Of a stretch of DNA of 64,000 nucleotides, positions 38,901-52,023 are shown piece by piece. Origin of the DNA: Podarcis bocagei (taxonomy: Eukaryota); NCBI GenBank assembly GCA_964188305.1, contig OZ076888.1; one strand, given 5' to 3'. The first letter of the stretch is position 1. The number at the start of each line of letters is the position of its first letter. The translations under genes were made by a program, and so were the position numbers. The notes below the pieces were generated by a model. That model searched no databases. It was not told where the DNA came from and worked only from the letters and a program-made list of their open reading frames with translations.

Positions 38901-41900
38901 CAGACAGATTCATGAAATACGATGGTAACTGAAAATCATGGCCATAGTGGATTCCAGTTGCAAACGGTCCACAGGTTACATAAGATATGGAATGAAGATT
39001 GCTGTATAAAATATCCCATAACCTTTGCCTCAGGGATTTAAGGGCAATGTCGTAGCTCAAATGATGTAAAAAGGATGGTGAAAGACCAGTTGATGAGGCT
39101 TTTCGGATCATAGTTTTCAACCATGAACTGACAGACTCTTTTTTGGTTAGATGTAAAAGTAATCCCTTCCCCAGGCCAAATACCAGTATTTCAAGGCAGC
39201 CCACCACACTTTATTGGAGAGTGGACATTCACCTGTTTCCAAAAATAGAATTGAATTAGGGACACAATTTGGGACCTGAAGTAGGAGCCAAAGGAACTTA
39301 GTCTGGAACCCATCTAACTTAGAAAATAGACCATTGTACCAGACATTTGAAGCATAAAGGAGTTGGGAAACAGATTTTGTGTTAAAGGCCCTTATGGCTG
39401 ATAGAACATAGTGAGCTCTCTTTGTGAAAAAGAAACTGAGTATAGCAACGGAATACAGTATTGCTCATCTCCGCCTTCTGACAGATACTCTGCCAGTGGC
39501 AATTCCAGGACTTTGTGTGGTGAAACAACTGCCGTTGACTAGAATATCAACAGTGATTATTACAGACTTTTAGAACATTGTAGTAAATTTAACTTTGTGT
39601 ATATATTTTTTCTTATTCTTTTTTTAATAGTGAAATCGATGGAACGTTTTCCTCAGCTGGCTGTCTAAATGGAAGTTTTTTAGCTATCAGGTCAGTGGGT
39701 GATACACAATATTTTAATGCCCAAGCCACAAGATTTAATGAAAGTTTGGAAATAATTAAGAATTACATATTCATTTAACAGTATAGAGAATAAGTAGTGG
39801 AAAGCAGAATTTACTTACTGCTTTTTGTTTTCATAGCCATGATGATCATTACAGAACTAGTGCCAGATACTCAGGGATTGACATGAATACTGCTCGACTT
39901 CTGTTTCACAAACTTATACAGCCGGAACATCCTCATATATCTCAGCAGGTTTGTCCTGAAATCCTTACTGCACCTAGTTTCAAATCCCAGGTATTACACT
40001 GTGTTAAACAATTGGTGGTTCTTTTTGCACAGAACTGGTAAATTTAGGTTTGTAATGCAATGCTTGATGCTTTGTTGAAATATTCTATACTTTTTAAAAA
40101 ATGTAAATTGTAGTAGCTCCACAGAGTTGTCAACATTTTGAGATTTTTTAAATGTACTTCAGTTAGTGTTTCAATGGCTGGATTTGGGAATAACACTCAG
40201 CCATGGGTTGTTCAGGTGAGTTCTGCCTATGCCTGTGAGCATCCTGGCCAACCATTTATGGTTTGTTTGTGCCCAACAAATCATGATCTCAAACTATGTT
40301 TTGAAGTTGGCTTGTGAATCTCTGCTTTTAGTTACCTCTGAACTTCAGATCCTTAGATTTGAGCTTAGTTTGTCACATCGCTCAGAAGCCCTTGCCTGGC
40401 AACAGAGGTGTAAGGGAAAAACAGCTAGAAAATGAAATTGTTCATGCAACTAAGAGGTTATCACTGATACTTTTAACAGATCTCTCCATCCTTCACTACT
40501 GTGCCCAGTAACAGGCTCATTACCCTGCATGCCTCATTGCTGATGAGCCCTATGAGAAAGAAAAGTAGTAAGAGACCACGAGCATTTCCCCCCTAATATC
40601 TAATGAGAGATAATGTTTAAAAGCTCACCTTTGTTCTTAGGAAGGACTATACTAACAGTTCAACAAATGCAGTTCCAGATTTTGATCTAAAAGCTTCCCC
40701 TGTCACCCATTCACTTCCTGATAAACTCAGTTCATTCCTAGTTCTGAGAAACACTTGTTGTTACTGAAAGAATAGCTAGAGCAGACAGAACTTTTGCTCA
40801 AGAGGATTGCAAGGAAAGGGTTGGTTGATAGTACCTTTAGGACTATTACTTTGCTCAGGGGCTTTTGGAGCCATTAAAGGATCTTGAGCAGAATGTTCGT
40901 TTCCTGTCTGCAGTTGGCCAGTGGCAAAAGAAGTGGTAAGTTGATAAGTTGATTGTCACAAAGGCCTTCTGCTCAGCAACCATCTATTCACAAGAGGATT
41001 TGGGGGGGGGGGGAATCACCAGGCAAAACAATCCACAGTTTCTTTGATCATCTGTGGTTGGGGTCCTGGTTTCTTCAGCAAACCATGGTGATAGCAAACT
41101 ATGGCTTAGTTTTATGTCTGACTAGAATGGCTCCAACCCCTGAACAGAAACACTCCATAGTATGAAACTGTGTTTCAGGGCCGCATTTCTCATGTTGTAA
41201 TTGTGTTGTACTCCAGAACAGATATGAAAGGTAACTTTCATCATTCTTGTAAAATAGCTGTTATAAAAAACATTTATTGTGATTAAGGAGCTCTGGGTTT
41301 TGTTTTGTTTTTAAAAAAACAAGTTTATGTTCAAATTCATTTTTTAAAAAAGTGTAAAATGAGTTATTATAATAGAAAATGATTTTAGTTTAAAACCAGA
41401 ATCAATTTTGTACCACATTCCCAGGTTGCAGCTAGTTTGGAAAAGAACCTTATTCCTAAACTGACTAGTTCCTTGCCTGATGTTGAAGCCCTAAGACTGT
41501 TTCTAACCCTGCCAGAATGCCCACTAATGAGTGACGCAAACAATTACATGACACTAGCTATCCCATTTGCAACTGCTATTGTGAATCTAGAAAAGGCTCC
41601 ACTGAAAGTACTTGGTAAGGTTTCTTTTGTTTAATTTGTATGTCTTAATCTGCTGCAAGGGTGTGGCAGCTTGCAAAACTAACTGTGGGCATATATAATC
41701 TCTCAAACTGTTCTTGCTATCAGTTTTCACCTTCTGTTCATTGCACTACTAAAGGGAAGTGCTGTTGCATATAGATATTCTTGTGTAGCTCTATGAGCAA
41801 GTGTTGCTTTGTTTGCATACCACTGTAAAGCTTTATTAATCGTTTGCCATGAACACACTGCCTCTGGCCACTTATTCCTCCACATTCACGATGGGTGGAA

Positions 41901-44900
41901 ACAGTGATCCCTGGCATAGCATTAAATGCAAACTAGAAATTGTGGTTTATGTCAGTCCTAAGGTTTGTTTTTTGCTTACTGATAGTGTTTGTTGGAGTGA
42001 AAAATACGTAATGTATTTCCTCTTGCCATTAGCAGGTACAGTGGTACCTCTAGGTGTGGACTTAATCCATTTCGGGTTGCTGTTTGCACCCTGAAAAGTC
42101 CGCAACTAGAGTGCCTCTTCTGCGCATGTGCGCGGTGCAATCAAGCACATGCGCAAAGCGCGCAGATCGCTTCTGAGCATTCACAGGCAGTGAGCCCGGA
42201 AGTAAACACTTCTGGGTTTGCCACGTTCGTAAGCTGAAAGTCCGTAACAAGAGCGGAATGCAACACGAGGTATGATTGTACGAGGCAAATATACCAGAAA
42301 GGCATAATAGTAAATTATAAATAATAGTAAATTATCAACTATGCTCTACTGTGATACAGATTTATAATTTTGAGGACAAGTTATTTTTTAAATCCGAAAT
42401 TGCTCAAGTGTCCAATGAAATTTCTTAAACTGTCTTTTTGAATTCATGATAGTTAATAAGCAGGGTTTCTTGCGACTGTTTGAGAGATATCTCCTCAGGG
42501 ATAATAAACTTTGCACTTCCCTTTGTAACATCCAAAAAACTATGTCTCCTATTCTTACATATTAAAAGGATGTTGATATGGAGTGGAAAAATGGATGGTC
42601 TAATTTATTCATTGCTGAACAACTAATGAACTTGAGATCTAGACAGTATTAGTTACATATAAGTCCTGTTAAGTTGTGCAATGTTTTCATCTGCTAGATT
42701 TGCTTTTCCCTTTTATTGATAGAAAACTGGTGGTCTGCATTGGAGCCTCCATTGTTCCTTAAAATAGTGGAACTTTACAAGGATGTTGTTGTCCACCTTC
42801 TTAAAATGTACAAGATGGGCATTCCAACTTCAGAGCAAAGAATCTTCTCTAGCTGCCTGCACTCTTCTCTCAAGGTTTTGGAAATTTTGCACAGGGTAGG
42901 TCTTTGCAGTTTGTATCCTTATTTCTGCTGCCAGATACATTTTGGTTGATGTGCTGTATCATTGATGCAATTGATTTTCACTGAGTCTAGAGTTTAGAAG
43001 TCTGAACTTTCACAGTAAGTTGTGGCTGTGTGGACCATTGGGATTTGTTTGGAATCCGTATAATCATTGGATGGAGTATTTCCTCATGTTCTCATGAAGA
43101 GACATGCAAGACCATTCTTTGATTTAATGTAACATCAGAACTGAGATCAAAGTATACGGCTCTCAGTATATGGACTCACCCAAACCACAGAAGTTGAAAG
43201 TTCATGCCAATATTACAAATGGAGTCAAAATTTATTTTGTGAACAACATACCTTCCTTTAGCAAAGGCAGAACCACAAAAGAGAAATCACTAAGGCTGCA
43301 ATTCTATGCATACATGCATGCATTCTGGTTCAATGTCTTAAGATCTGACACTGCATATCGAAATAGCTGACAAGAAACATGTGGAACCCCACTTTTCAAA
43401 TAGTCTTACTCACAGGCTGCCTGGTAATAGCAAGTACTTTTATTATCAAGTTGGTTTTTGGAGTGCATCTTGGAATAAAATGCATGGTTGTTTTTACACT
43501 AACCTCTTAATGTTTACAACTTAATATATATAAACAGTATCATTCTATAAATAAATAATTTAAAACACATTTTCTCTTGCTGCTTATCAGTTATAAATAA
43601 CCTTGGTCACATTCAGCAAACAAATACCAACCCCTAAAGTGGGAGGGAGAAAGCATCATATCAAAAATGTCCTTAAAACATCAGCCTGTTCCAGCCCCTC
43701 CCCATTCTGTGGCTGAAAGCGGTGCACACAGAAAATGGCTGTTCCCTGTAGTTTATAACTAAATCATTGTGTGACTCTGACATATTCCAGTCTTGTTATG
43801 CTTTGGGAAAAGACCTATATTTATAAATGAAAATAGTTTTAAGAGTTCAGACAAATTATTCCTCTTTGTGAAGAAGGCTGGCTAACGTAGACAGCAACTT
43901 CCAGACTCCATAGTATGGTAATACCTTTATTAGGCCAGCCAAAATATTGCAAATAGCATTTCATATACAAGTCTGAAGAAATAGTTTTAATAGAATAGAG
44001 TGAAATGTAAAATATTCTCAGTGACAAACTGCATTCTCTTTAAAATGCAGGTAAATGAAAGAGGTGGGCAAATCATACAATATGATAAATTCTACATACA
44101 TGAACTACAGGATTTGATAGACATAAGAAGTGATTACTTCCACTGGATTCAGCAGCAGGCATATGGAATGGTAAATGTCCCATTTTTGTTTTCACTATGC
44201 GTTATAAAATACACTGCATGGGCTTGAATTCATATTGCATAGCTGCTCAGTTGGATGAATTGTATGGCTTAGTGTTCCCAATACAATAAATAAATTCCTG
44301 CAAACAGATAGCTAGGTGTGGGAGAGAAGGGTGTTCTGCTTAACATGCTAGATTTCTATGGATGGTATTCAACCAAAATTTCACTCAACAGTGTACCCAT
44401 TGAAATTAATGAACATGACTATGTTAGGTCCCCTGCTCCTCCACCACAGTCTGAAGCAGTGCAGGCCAAGAACAGTTTAGGTTGTGACAAGTGCTCTATT
44501 TAGAGTGGTTCTTAGTGTATGTCAGTTTTGGGTTGTGGGTTTTCTTTTTCTTTTTAGTTTTTCCTAGACAATGTCCTTTTTATGAAGTTTTCTGAAACAT
44601 TACATCCATGCAGAGTAAAAAAGTTGGTCTTTGATAAGCGTTAGAGAGAGGGCTAGTTTTTCTTCTTTTCCTTTAAAGAATACAGAGTGTACATCAAATG
44701 ATGCACTGCTTGGTTTGGATATACTGGCAAATCATGCTGTACCACAGTCACATCTTGGCACATGAGTTCTTCCTGAAGCTAACCGCCAAAATCCCTAGTC
44801 CATTCATTTGCACTGAGCCTAGACTGTTCAAAAGCAAAACCAGACTTGGTGCAGGTTTTTCTCCTGGCCTAACAAGAATTGGTGAGGCGAGCATGCAGGC

Positions 44901-47900
44901 CAGTGCTTTGCTCAGGGTTCAGGGAGATTTGTTCATGCAGCACTAAGCCATGGTATAGTGACAGACATGAATAACCTGAACTATGATTCACCACTGATCA
45001 TTGGTGATGCTGTCTGAGGCTGGTGGGAGTTGCAGTTGAGCAACAGTTTAACCACCCCTGGTTTGGTGTGAACTGGACCATAGGGTCCATAAGGTAGTAA
45101 TAGAGTTGGGCTTTTAAACAAACAAGAATATTTTTGGAAACTATTTAAGGTAGGCAACAGGAACCAAAATTCCAGGTTTATTAAATGATGGTGATCAAAC
45201 ACTAACACCTTTTTAAAATGTCATCTGCCCTCATGCATCTCTCCTCATGAGTTACTCAAATATATTACTTTTATGGGAGAATACCTGTATTCTACATCCC
45301 ACCATTGCAATTGTGCATATAATTCATTGTTCCTCTACTTCTTCTATTCAGTAATCGTGGTGTTCTCAAAGGAAAGGTCCCCACCCTTATTTAAAACTAC
45401 TCCCTAAAGTATCAGTTTTATTTTTAGCTCAGAAGTGTCTCTTTCCCTGCTCATATATCTCAAGTTGGGCATCTGAAGTATTTTTGTAATGGCTTGGAGC
45501 AGAGCCTAGAAACAGTGTAGGTTAAATAGGATCTGTGGTTTCGGAATACTGATTGTGAGAAATGCAATCTGCTTTTTAAGACTTTGAAAATGAAAAAGAT
45601 TATTCATAAATGTATTAATTGAATAGATAAGTTGTGCTCATGAGTGCTCTGTGTCCATTATCAACATGTTGATGAAGGATGAAACTAAAAAACTACCTAG
45701 GCTAGATTTTTGCGCCTGTGACATTTGGTTTTTAGGCACATTAATAGTTTAGTCATAATTTGGAGGTGGGCCACAATAAAGTTTTAGAAATGAGCTGGGA
45801 TAGATGTTTGAATAAACCAATCGTAAAGTTGGAGAATTGCACAGTTTAGGACCAAACCTCTCTGTGAACTTTTATTTATCCCTGTTTTCTAAGGCGCAAC
45901 CACTGCATCTTGTGGAAGTGAATGTGTGCCAGGCATGACTTTGGTAGAGGCTCCATGCATTTATTAGCAGTGAATCTGTATGTGGGCACAGTTATGCCAT
46001 GTACCTCCCTGAGATCCATGTGCATTAGCATACATTGTTCTCTACACTGCTCTGTGTACATAGGACATAAAGGTAAAGGGACCCCTGGCCATTAGGTCCA
46101 GTCGTGGCAGACTCTGGGGTTGCGGTGCTCATCTCGCTTTATTGGCCGAGGGAGCCGGCGTACAGCTTCCAGGTCATGTGGCCAGCATGACTAAGTCGCT
46201 TCTGGCAAACCAGAACAGCGCACGGAAATGCCATTTACCTTCCTGCCGGAGCAGTACCTATTTATCTACTTGCACTTTGATGTGCAAAGCACCATCCTAT
46301 GTACAGCGCCACCCGCGTCCCTGTACACAGGACATAGAGAGAGGTATTTAACTAAATTTTGCTCAAAATAGACCCATTGACATTCATGAAAGTGACTTAA
46401 GTTAGGGCTTGTCCACACTTAGAAAGCATGGGCCCAAGCAGTTTCCACCTTGTCCCGCTCCTTTCCCAGGGAAAACCTGCTCTTAACTTTAAATTGGAAC
46501 AAAGGGCAATCCACGGAAAAACTATTTGCTCCATTTGAGTACTAAAGAGCAGTTTTGCTTGGGGTAGGGCAGGGAAGCAGCGGGACAAGAGGAAGCTCTT
46601 AGGTTCATTAATTTCAGTAGCTCTACTCTGAATGCCACACAGGCATTAGTCTGTGCCCATCTTTTTTTAAAAAAATGCAGGCATCTGCATGAAGGCTTTT
46701 GGGGGTGTGGAGGAAAGTGGAGAGGAACCTAACAGTGTTTTTTTCCTTTTAATTACTGCTGCCTCTTATGCACTCTTTTGGTAGGATATCAGCCATGGAT
46801 TAAATGAGGTAAGAAGTTATCTGATTTCCACAGTAAAGTTTTGGAAACTAGACCCAAAGATTCTGACATCAGGTTTATCCATGGGCCTTGAATTCTGATA
46901 ATCTTGAAATAAATTCATGGATTAGATATATCTAAAACTGTTTAAAATATATAAACCTCTTCATAAGCTGGATATCCTGTATTATATCTCTCTGTCAAGT
47001 AAATGTTGCATAACTGCCAAAAGAAAATTTATATATACTGTTGCTAATACTGCACATGCTAACAGCTTTTTCTATTGCCTTTCTAGCTAGCAGATGTGCC
47101 AGTTACAATTTGCACCTACCCATTTGTGTTTGATGCACAGGCAAAGACAACACTCTTGCAGACAGATGCAGTCTTACAGATGCAGGTAAAACAGTAATTT
47201 AAAAATAAAATACTTTAAAACACTGTAGTTATTCCTGGATTGATATAACTTAGGCCCTGTTTATATTAACTGGCTTGTATCACAGTTGCTCAGTGTCTTT
47301 GGATATCAAAGATTCAGGCATTACTGCATTAGTATAATCACAAGCTGGAAATATTACTAGGAATTGTAGATTCTCTTGAGCATCCAGTGTTTATTACTAC
47401 TGCTGCTGCCACTAAGGTTTTTACTTGGTTTTTCCCAGATGGCTGTTGACCAGGCTCACAGACAGAATTTCTCATCTATTTTTCTCCCAGTATTTGAATC
47501 TGTCAATCCATGTCTGATCTTAATTGTGCGCAGAGACAATATTGTGGGGGATACCATGGAAGTCCTAAGAAAAACAAAAAACGTTGACTACAAAAAGCCT
47601 CTTAAGGTATAGCCTATATGCATGCATGTTTACCTTTTTGTGATGCACACCTGGCCTTCAGTTTTCTCTTCTTCTCCACCCCCTACCCCCTGCTTTTCCC
47701 ATGGCAAATATTTGTCCTAGAATTGGGTGAAGGGAGAATTCTGAGCAGAAAACAGCTGGCCAAGAAAAGGGTTCAGCACTCACTTCCTCCCATCATTCAA
47801 AATCACAACTACCTAAGGCTCCTTTTGGTGCATTTTCTTTCTTTTCAATTGTTGGAACTTTAGTATACACACTTGCATATAATTCATAACTTGCCCCTCA

Positions 47901-50900
47901 ACATTCATTCATAGAGTTGAGGCTGCTCCAGGTTAATGAAAAATGTACCTGTATAACCTATATACCTGTATAACATATGTCTTTACAAATATGCATTTGC
48001 CGTGTTCATATTTTATTTAATTATTTATTATTACCCCACCCATCTGGCTGGGTTTTGCCAGCCACTCTGGGTGGCTTCCAGCACATAAATAATAATAATA
48101 ATAAAACATTTATAAAAACTTAAAACACATTTTACAACTTTAAAGTACAATGTATGAAGTGGCCTTTAGTCAGACTCCTTATTGTAAATGTCATTAGCCA
48201 AGTAATAAATTGAGCACTTGTGGATAGCTCAGTTGGTCAGAGTCTGGTGCTGATAACGCCAAGGTCGCAGGTACGATTCCCTTACAGGACAGCTGCATAT
48301 TCCTGCAACGCAGGAGGTTGTTCTAGATGATACTCAGGGTCCCTTCCAACTCTACAATTCTATGATTCTATGAGTATGTGTGGTATTTTATTTTTTAAAA
48401 ATGTAATGTTCTAACTGCATTGCCAATGTTAGGTTATTTTTGTAGGGGAAGAAGCTGTTGATGCAGGAGGAGTTCGCAAAGAATTTTTCTTGCTTATCAT
48501 GAGAGAGCTGTTAGATCCCAAGTATGGAATGTTCAGGTACGATGAACAATCAAGGCTCATCTGGTTCTCAGATAAGGTATGCAATTTGTTGGGTTTTGTG
48601 TATTTATAGTGGAAATGGATATCTTGATTTACTTTCAGCCTATGGTATCTTTGAGAATATTACTACTATGATATAGTTGCACCAGTGCACACTGCATCCT
48701 TTAGACTGTGATAGCATTTGTTATGTTAGCCCTTTGCTCTTGATCCTGAATGTGCTCATTTCTGTCCCCTTTCCCTGGTGGTCACAGAAGGCCATGAATA
48801 CAACAGCACTTGATTAAGTCAGTGTGTTTTGTGGCTGCTGCATGGCTGTGTTTTTGTAGAGTCTGCTGGGGCCAAAATAAAAGTATCATTGCATCTTAAA
48901 GTCTTATGGCACAAGTTTTCATGGAGTACAGATCACTTCATTGGGTACATGAAGTGTTCACCTGAGTTGTTTGGAGGAAGGATTGTAAATCATGAGGTGA
49001 GAGGGAAATGAAATGTAGAACATATGATGTCACAATTACATTTTTAACGGTGGCCATTCACAAAACTCTTGTTGGTGACAAAAGAGACACACTACATGTG
49101 TTAAAAATGCTAGGGTAATAAAATAATCCAAATGTAGTGTGATAAAAAGCATTCCCACAGAAATATTCTACACCAGATGTGCCGCAACAAAAAATACCCT
49201 TTTCCTTTGTCATAACTGGCTTCACCAAGGTGTCTCAGAGAAAGGACTTCAAGCATGATCTTAGAACTTGAGCTGTAGGTTTCTGCAGAACAAAGCAGTC
49301 TTCCTAAGCTGATTAAAGTTCTAAAGACAAGAACCAGCACCTTAAACTGTGCCAGAGATGCAGCTAGTGCAGTTTTCTGTTGAGATATATTGCATTCAGT
49401 TGGTCTCTGTTAGTAACCTAGGCATTGTATTCCGTACTAGGGCCTCTCCTCCTTCCGGAGGGGAGGAGTTGTGAGCAGGAGGCGATTCCCGCGTCACGCA
49501 GGGGGCGTTCTGCCCACTGCCCCATTCACATGGCTGGTGCGCCACGCCCCTGGTCGAGCACCCAATCGGGGGGCTCTTGGCGGGGGCATGGTTTGCTGCT
49601 CAAATGCAGCTGCGCCAGCCATTCTGCCCATTGTGCTCACCTTTTCGCATCGAGTCTAGCTGAAGTTTCCTAGTTGCTTCAAAGGCAGCACCCAGGACTG
49701 CATTAATACAGGATGTTACCAGCAGTGGCGTAGCGTGGGGGGTGCCAGGGGGGCCGGCCGCACCGGGCGCAACATCTGGGGGGGGCGCGCTCGCTGCCTC
49801 CGGAGTCGCCGAAGAGCCTCTGGCGCAGGCTGTAGCAGAGCCCCATGTCTCGTGGAACCGACGAGCTGTGCGCGCGCCCGGGCTGAAGGCGTCCGGCAGG
49901 CAGCGGCTCTCAACGCTCGTCGCGGTCCCCGCGCATCAGGGCCGCGGAGGACGCGCCAGGCAGCCCCTACTCACAGCCCCGCCTCCGCTGCTGCTGCAGC
50001 TGCTGGGCCATGTTGCATTTTCCTCGCCTCTCTGCCCTCCTCCTCCTCTGGGCAAGCGGCGTGGTTTGGGCGGCAGCGGCAGCGGCAACTCGCCTCAGAT
50101 CACCTGACGCGGCAGGTTAGGGGTTAGGGGGGGTGCAAATTACTTGCCTTGCCCCGGGTTAGGGGGCGCAAATTACTTGCCTTGCCCCGGGTGCTGACAA
50201 CTCACGCTACGCCGCTGGTTACCAGATCATAGATAACAATCATCAGGACATCTCTCTCTAGAATGCCAACCCTCAAAACACTGGTTCCTTGCCACTTGAG
50301 TTGTTGCCTCGCTACACTAGAGGGGATTGCAAAATCAAATACAAAGCAATTAAACACCCTTTTCTGTAACCCTTGAAAAAATGGCTTGATGAGTTTTTAA
50401 CCCTATAGATCCCAACCTCAAACATATACATGAGTAATAACTGAGTGTACTAGCTTGCAAAATTATTGTGATTCCACTTGAAGTCTAGCAGCAGTTGAAT
50501 GCAAGCATGGCCTCTAAAGCAATGTGCATGTTTTTGTAAGCTTTTAAAAGTTTAATTTCAGTTTTTTCATATTTGCAGACCTTTGAAGACAGTGACTTGT
50601 TTCATCTGATTGGTGTTGTCTGTGGGCTAGCAATATATAATTTTACTATTGTAGAGCTTCACTTCCCCTTGGCTTTATATAAGAAGCTCCTGAACAAGAA
50701 GCCTTCCCTGGATGACCTCAAAGAGCTAATGCCTGATGTTGGCAGGTGAGCACATTACAACTGAAAGTACAGTAAGTAGATTAACATTTCTGTGCATCAT
50801 AACTTCTTTGACAGTGCAAAGAAATAATTCAATACCGTGGTGCCCCGCAAGACGAATGCCTCGCAAGACGGAAAACCCGCTAGACGAAAGGGTTTTCCGT

Positions 50901-51970
50901 TTTGGAGGTGCTTCGCAAAACGAATTTCCTATGGGCTTGCTTCGCAAGACAAAAATGTCTTGCAAGTTCCTGCGGGGGTTTTTTCCTCCCCCCCCCTTTT
51001 CCCAAGCCGCTAAGCCACTTATCAGCTGATCCGCTAAGCCGCTTATCAGCTGATCCGCTAAACCGCTTATCAGCTGATCCGCTAAGCCCACTAATAGCGC
51101 TAAGCCGCTAATGGGCTTGCTTCGCAAGACGAAAAAACCGCAAGACGAAGAGACTCGCGGAACGGATTCTTTTCGTCTTGCGAGGCACCACTGTACCTTG
51201 TTAAGGAGATGAGATACAAGATTTAGAGTGTCTTTATTTCTAGCTGACACACTTGAAACAAATGTAGGTTTTTTAGGATTGAAATCCTTTCAGGGCAAAA
51301 AAAACTTGAATAGATATTGACTTCTCAGTAGCTGCTAGATTTTTTGCTAATCTAAACTGTAAATTTCTGTGGAAGAATATAAAACCATTTCAGTTCTGTA
51401 AGTTTCTGAATAAATTGTGCTGTTACAACTTGTGATGAGAGACATTTTATTCTCAGGAGTATGCAGCAGTTATTGGACTACCCAGAAGATGATATAGAAG
51501 ATACCTTCTGCCTCAACTTTACAGTAAGTGTGAGATCATCCATTGCCACCTTTTTAATGCCGGTGTAATGAGTAATAATATGTAATCGAGTTTCTCTTTT
51601 CCTGTTAAAATGCTATACTTTGCATAGCATGCTTCACTTTCCTGTATTGAATTATAGATTCTATTCTGCAACAAAAAGTAAAATACACTCTCATGTTCTA
51701 AACAGATCACTGTTGAAAATTTTGGTACCACGGAAGTTAAGGAGCTAATTCCTAATGGTACTGATATTCCTGTTGTCAAACAAAATAGGTAAGTTTTAGC
51801 ATGGTAGGTTGACAGAAGTTTCCCTTTGCTTAATTTTATCAGGGAGAAATACTTTTTTCATTTCATGCAGGTTCTTAACTCAGAATTGAACTATAAGGGG
51901 TGTGGGTGTGGTGGGGAGTTATACCCAACTTCTGAGATATTTATTCCAAACCTGTAATCTTGCAAAAGAA

Positions 51971-52023
<53 letters not shown>

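Noticed and set aside
48218-48290. Apparent tRNA genes (also 61000-61070)
   Set aside because: Stems and B-box are mutated and each is followed by a retroposon tail, so they are SINE heads.
50115-50165. TTAGGG telomere-like motifs
   Set aside because: There are only two or three units, inside a hAT subterminal duplication.
51007-51090. CRISPR-like short repeats
   Set aside because: There are no unique spacers or cas genes; it is a tandem repeat in a eukaryotic MITE.
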